From Takakia lepidozioides (Eukaryota; Plantae; Bryophyta), in the NCBI GenBank assembly GCA_030704615.1, contig CM060734.1, positions 2,418,001 through 2,482,000 on the forward strand: a stretch of 64,000 nt of DNA, in the 5' to 3' direction. The position numbers were made by a program, and so were the translations under genes. Positions within the stretch are counted from its first letter, which is position 1, and every line of letters starts with the position of its first letter. Positions 61,546 through 64,000 of this stretch are shown here, piece after piece. The notes beneath the pieces were generated by a model. It saw only the letters and a program-made list of their open reading frames with translations, was not told the origin of the DNA and searched no databases.

Positions 61546-61830
61546 GGTCTCTCCCGCAGGTCATGGGAATGGCTTGCATAATGCACGATCACATTTGTTT
61601 TGGGAGATGTTGAGAGTGTTGCGTGACTTGCAGACGAGGCAAGTGCAACCTCTAGCCTATATCTTGGAGAATGTTCCTCTTATGGAGGACTCTCGGGCCA
61701 AGGTTATGACCAGTGTGCATCAGGTGCGGTCTTGGATTGGATCGGCGGTGCTATTGGATGCAGCAGCGGTGGGATCACGCGCGCATCGACCTCGATTGTG
61801 GTAGACCAATCTTGCACCACCAGATCTGCT
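61546..61830 (+). pseudogene. C5-cytosine DNA methyltransferase fragment (motifs V, VI, VIII)
   Basis: AGHGNGLHNARSHLFWEMLRVL...YILENVP...LLDAAAVGSRAHRPRLW*TNL. Confidence 0.8.
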
Positions 61831-61835
61831 CAAGA

Positions 61836-64000
61836 CACTACAAGAAAAACGTGGAATAATCACTGGCCCTTTAACCACTACTGTCTTTTTCCACTCTATA
61901 AACCACTAGTAACCACTTGTCAGTGGTTAATCCCAATGAAATGCCACGGTGGCATCACAGACAGTGGTTGGAAGTGGTTTCAACCACTCAGTAGTCCACG
62001 TGTAACAATTTGTTTTTATTTATTATTATTTATTTGCTAATACATTTTAATTAATATAATATAATATTCCTCGTGGACGAGTGCAGTGGTACATTGTGAG
62101 TGGTTATAGACACCTCAGTGATGGGAAGTGGTTGAAACCACTTGCTACTCCACGTGTAATAATTCAAATTTTATTTGTGATTTATTATTTGGAAATATAT
62201 TTTAATTCATAAATATATTCCACGTGGACGGGGACAGTGCACGTTGATCTTGAGTGGTTAAAGACACCTCATTGATTTGTACCACTTTGACAGTGGTGGA
62301 GAGTGGGTGGTGAAAGATACTGCAGTAATTGGAACCACTATGCTAGTGGTTGCTCATGAGTGGTTGCCTACACAACAGTGATTGGTACCACTTTTTGGGT
62401 GATACATGAAAAACTTTAAGTGGTTTGTGCAGCTGTGACAGACTTTGAAAAACAGACAAGTGGCCAGACCATTGTGGGTTGATGTTATTGAACAAATGGT
62501 TCCAACAATAAACTTTATTCTGAATCTGAAACATATTCGTCACCCTCTGAATCACTTTGCTCAACTGGAATAGCGGTTGGTTGCACAAATGCCGCTTGAA
62601 TGGTAGCCAACATAGCCAGGTCTTCTTTATTTAGAGCCGTGGTACCATCTAATGACCTAGGTATTGGCTGATCTGATAAGGTAGACGTCGATTGGCACGC
62701 CACTCATCACCACATGCCTCTCTGTCTGCTGTGAACTGTGCCTTCTCTGTTGCATACTTTTTGTCACAAAATGGCAACAAGAATGACACATGTTAGCAAT
62801 GAAGTATTGCATTACTTAGCAAAAAATACCTAGCATGAATGATACTTTGAAAACCACTGTTTCAAACCACTGGAGGAGTGAGCAGAATGACTTGTAAATG
62901 AACATGTTTTTCCAGCAAGTCACTCACTCAGACATTTCGTTACTACAGCATTGGTTATAATCAGGATGAACCACTGACATTTGTGACTTTGTGGGTGGTT
63001 TGATTACACTGGTGACAGTCAGAATTGAAATTGAACTTGATATGAATAAGGTGCAATGAAAAGAAGTACTCACTGCGCCCAAGGAGCCATGACATTGGTA
63101 TTGTTCAGCACATACAAAATTTGTGCTGCATCTCTCCCAACTCCAGTCATGTCCTGCTTTTTGCCGACACCTTCGAAGACCTCGTCCTCAACCCCTTCCT
63201 CCGCATTTGCATCCCAAGTCCGCTGTTGAGTTGCATCAAATGATTGCATATACTCAGTCATGAACCCCATGGCCTCATCCAGAACATACCCTGCAGCCGT
63301 ACTCCCTTCTGGCTTTGCGTAATTCCTAACGTATCCCTTAACATCTTTCATGTAACGCTCCATGGGATACATCCACCGTGAAGACATCGGATGAATAATT
63401 TTGTTTATCTCCATGGAATACATCTATGTGCTCACTTGTAACCACTAAAATGAATTTTTAAAAAAAAATCAAAGTGCAAAAGATTTTAAAAAAACACATC
63501 GGCTGGTAAGTGTAGAGTGTGTCGCCCTGGTGGTTCAGGGTTCAAACCCGCTGCATGACTCCATGTGTGGGATTGTTTCTGATGACGGTATGTCTGGGCG
63601 TTGATCCTCCTGTAGGTCTCATGGCCCATAAATGAAAGGGGGTTAATTTTTTCCCCTCCTCAAGGGCCTGAGGTTTCCTTTAAAATTTATTAAAAAAAAA
63701 ACAAAAAACAAAAAGTTGCTTATAGGGTTTGTGAAAAGGTTAAAAAACTTAAAAAGTTGCCCATCACGTATGTACAATATATACATACTTTTGGGGGGAA
63801 TTTTCAAATGTGTGCATGTAGCGTACTGGTAAGGGCTCTTCCTGCGTGTTGCGGGGTCGCGGGTTCAAACTCCTCGCGTTGTTTTTTTCCCCCTCATGCA
63901 CTAAGCCCCAAAAAACCCCACTAAGCCCTATCCTGACTACAGACACAAGCAGCACACACAAGAGGTCCGTTTGGGTTCATGGTCTATCAAATCCTCCATT
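61836..64000 (-). mobile_element. CACTA (En/Spm) DNA transposon end
   Basis: TIR CACTACAAGAAAA at 61836; dense AACCACT/AGTGGTT subterminal repeats; transposase fragment inside. The far boundary is not resolved. Confidence 0.88.
63070..63423 (-). pseudogene. CACTA transposase fragment (DUF4218-like region)
   Basis: RWMYPMERYMKDVKGYVRNYAKPEGS. Confidence 0.88.

Overview
Eukaryotic, transposon-dense land-plant DNA, most likely from a non-seed plant (inference from TE content and intron style). It holds one intact 12-exon host gene (29586-36459, At1g64430-like plastid/PPR-superfamily protein) among decayed Ty3/Gypsy, Copia, LINE and CACTA elements. The main result is a type of large Mutator-like (MULE) DNA transposon present as two diverged families: family A (complete copy 8178-22010 with a 9-bp TSD, deleted copy 51973-59276) and family B (40341-51972). 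Each pairs a GCM-like/MULE-DDE/SWIM transposase head-to-head with a spliced gene for a ParB/Srx-fold domain (WDGNHR) plus a beta-class N4C/N6A DNA amino-methyltransferase domain (DIPDG ... VLDLxxxTG). Each family fills non-coding DNA with its own CpG-centred palindrome: GGAAATGCGG-NN-CCGCATTTCC in A, including a strict 53-bp-period array of about 30 copies, and GTGAATGKCGK-NN-MCGMCATTCAC in B. Family A also carries two divergent paralogous genes of unknown function. I interpret this as a candidate transposon-encoded protein/cognate-site epigenetic system, analogous to parS/ParB or VANC; function is inferred, not shown. All TE genes in the window are pseudogenised. Other notable items are a TE-borne C5-cytosine methyltransferase fragment, a PHD-integrase Gypsy with a built-in LTR-LTR junction, and a candidate exitron. 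All alignments and coordinates were read by eye.
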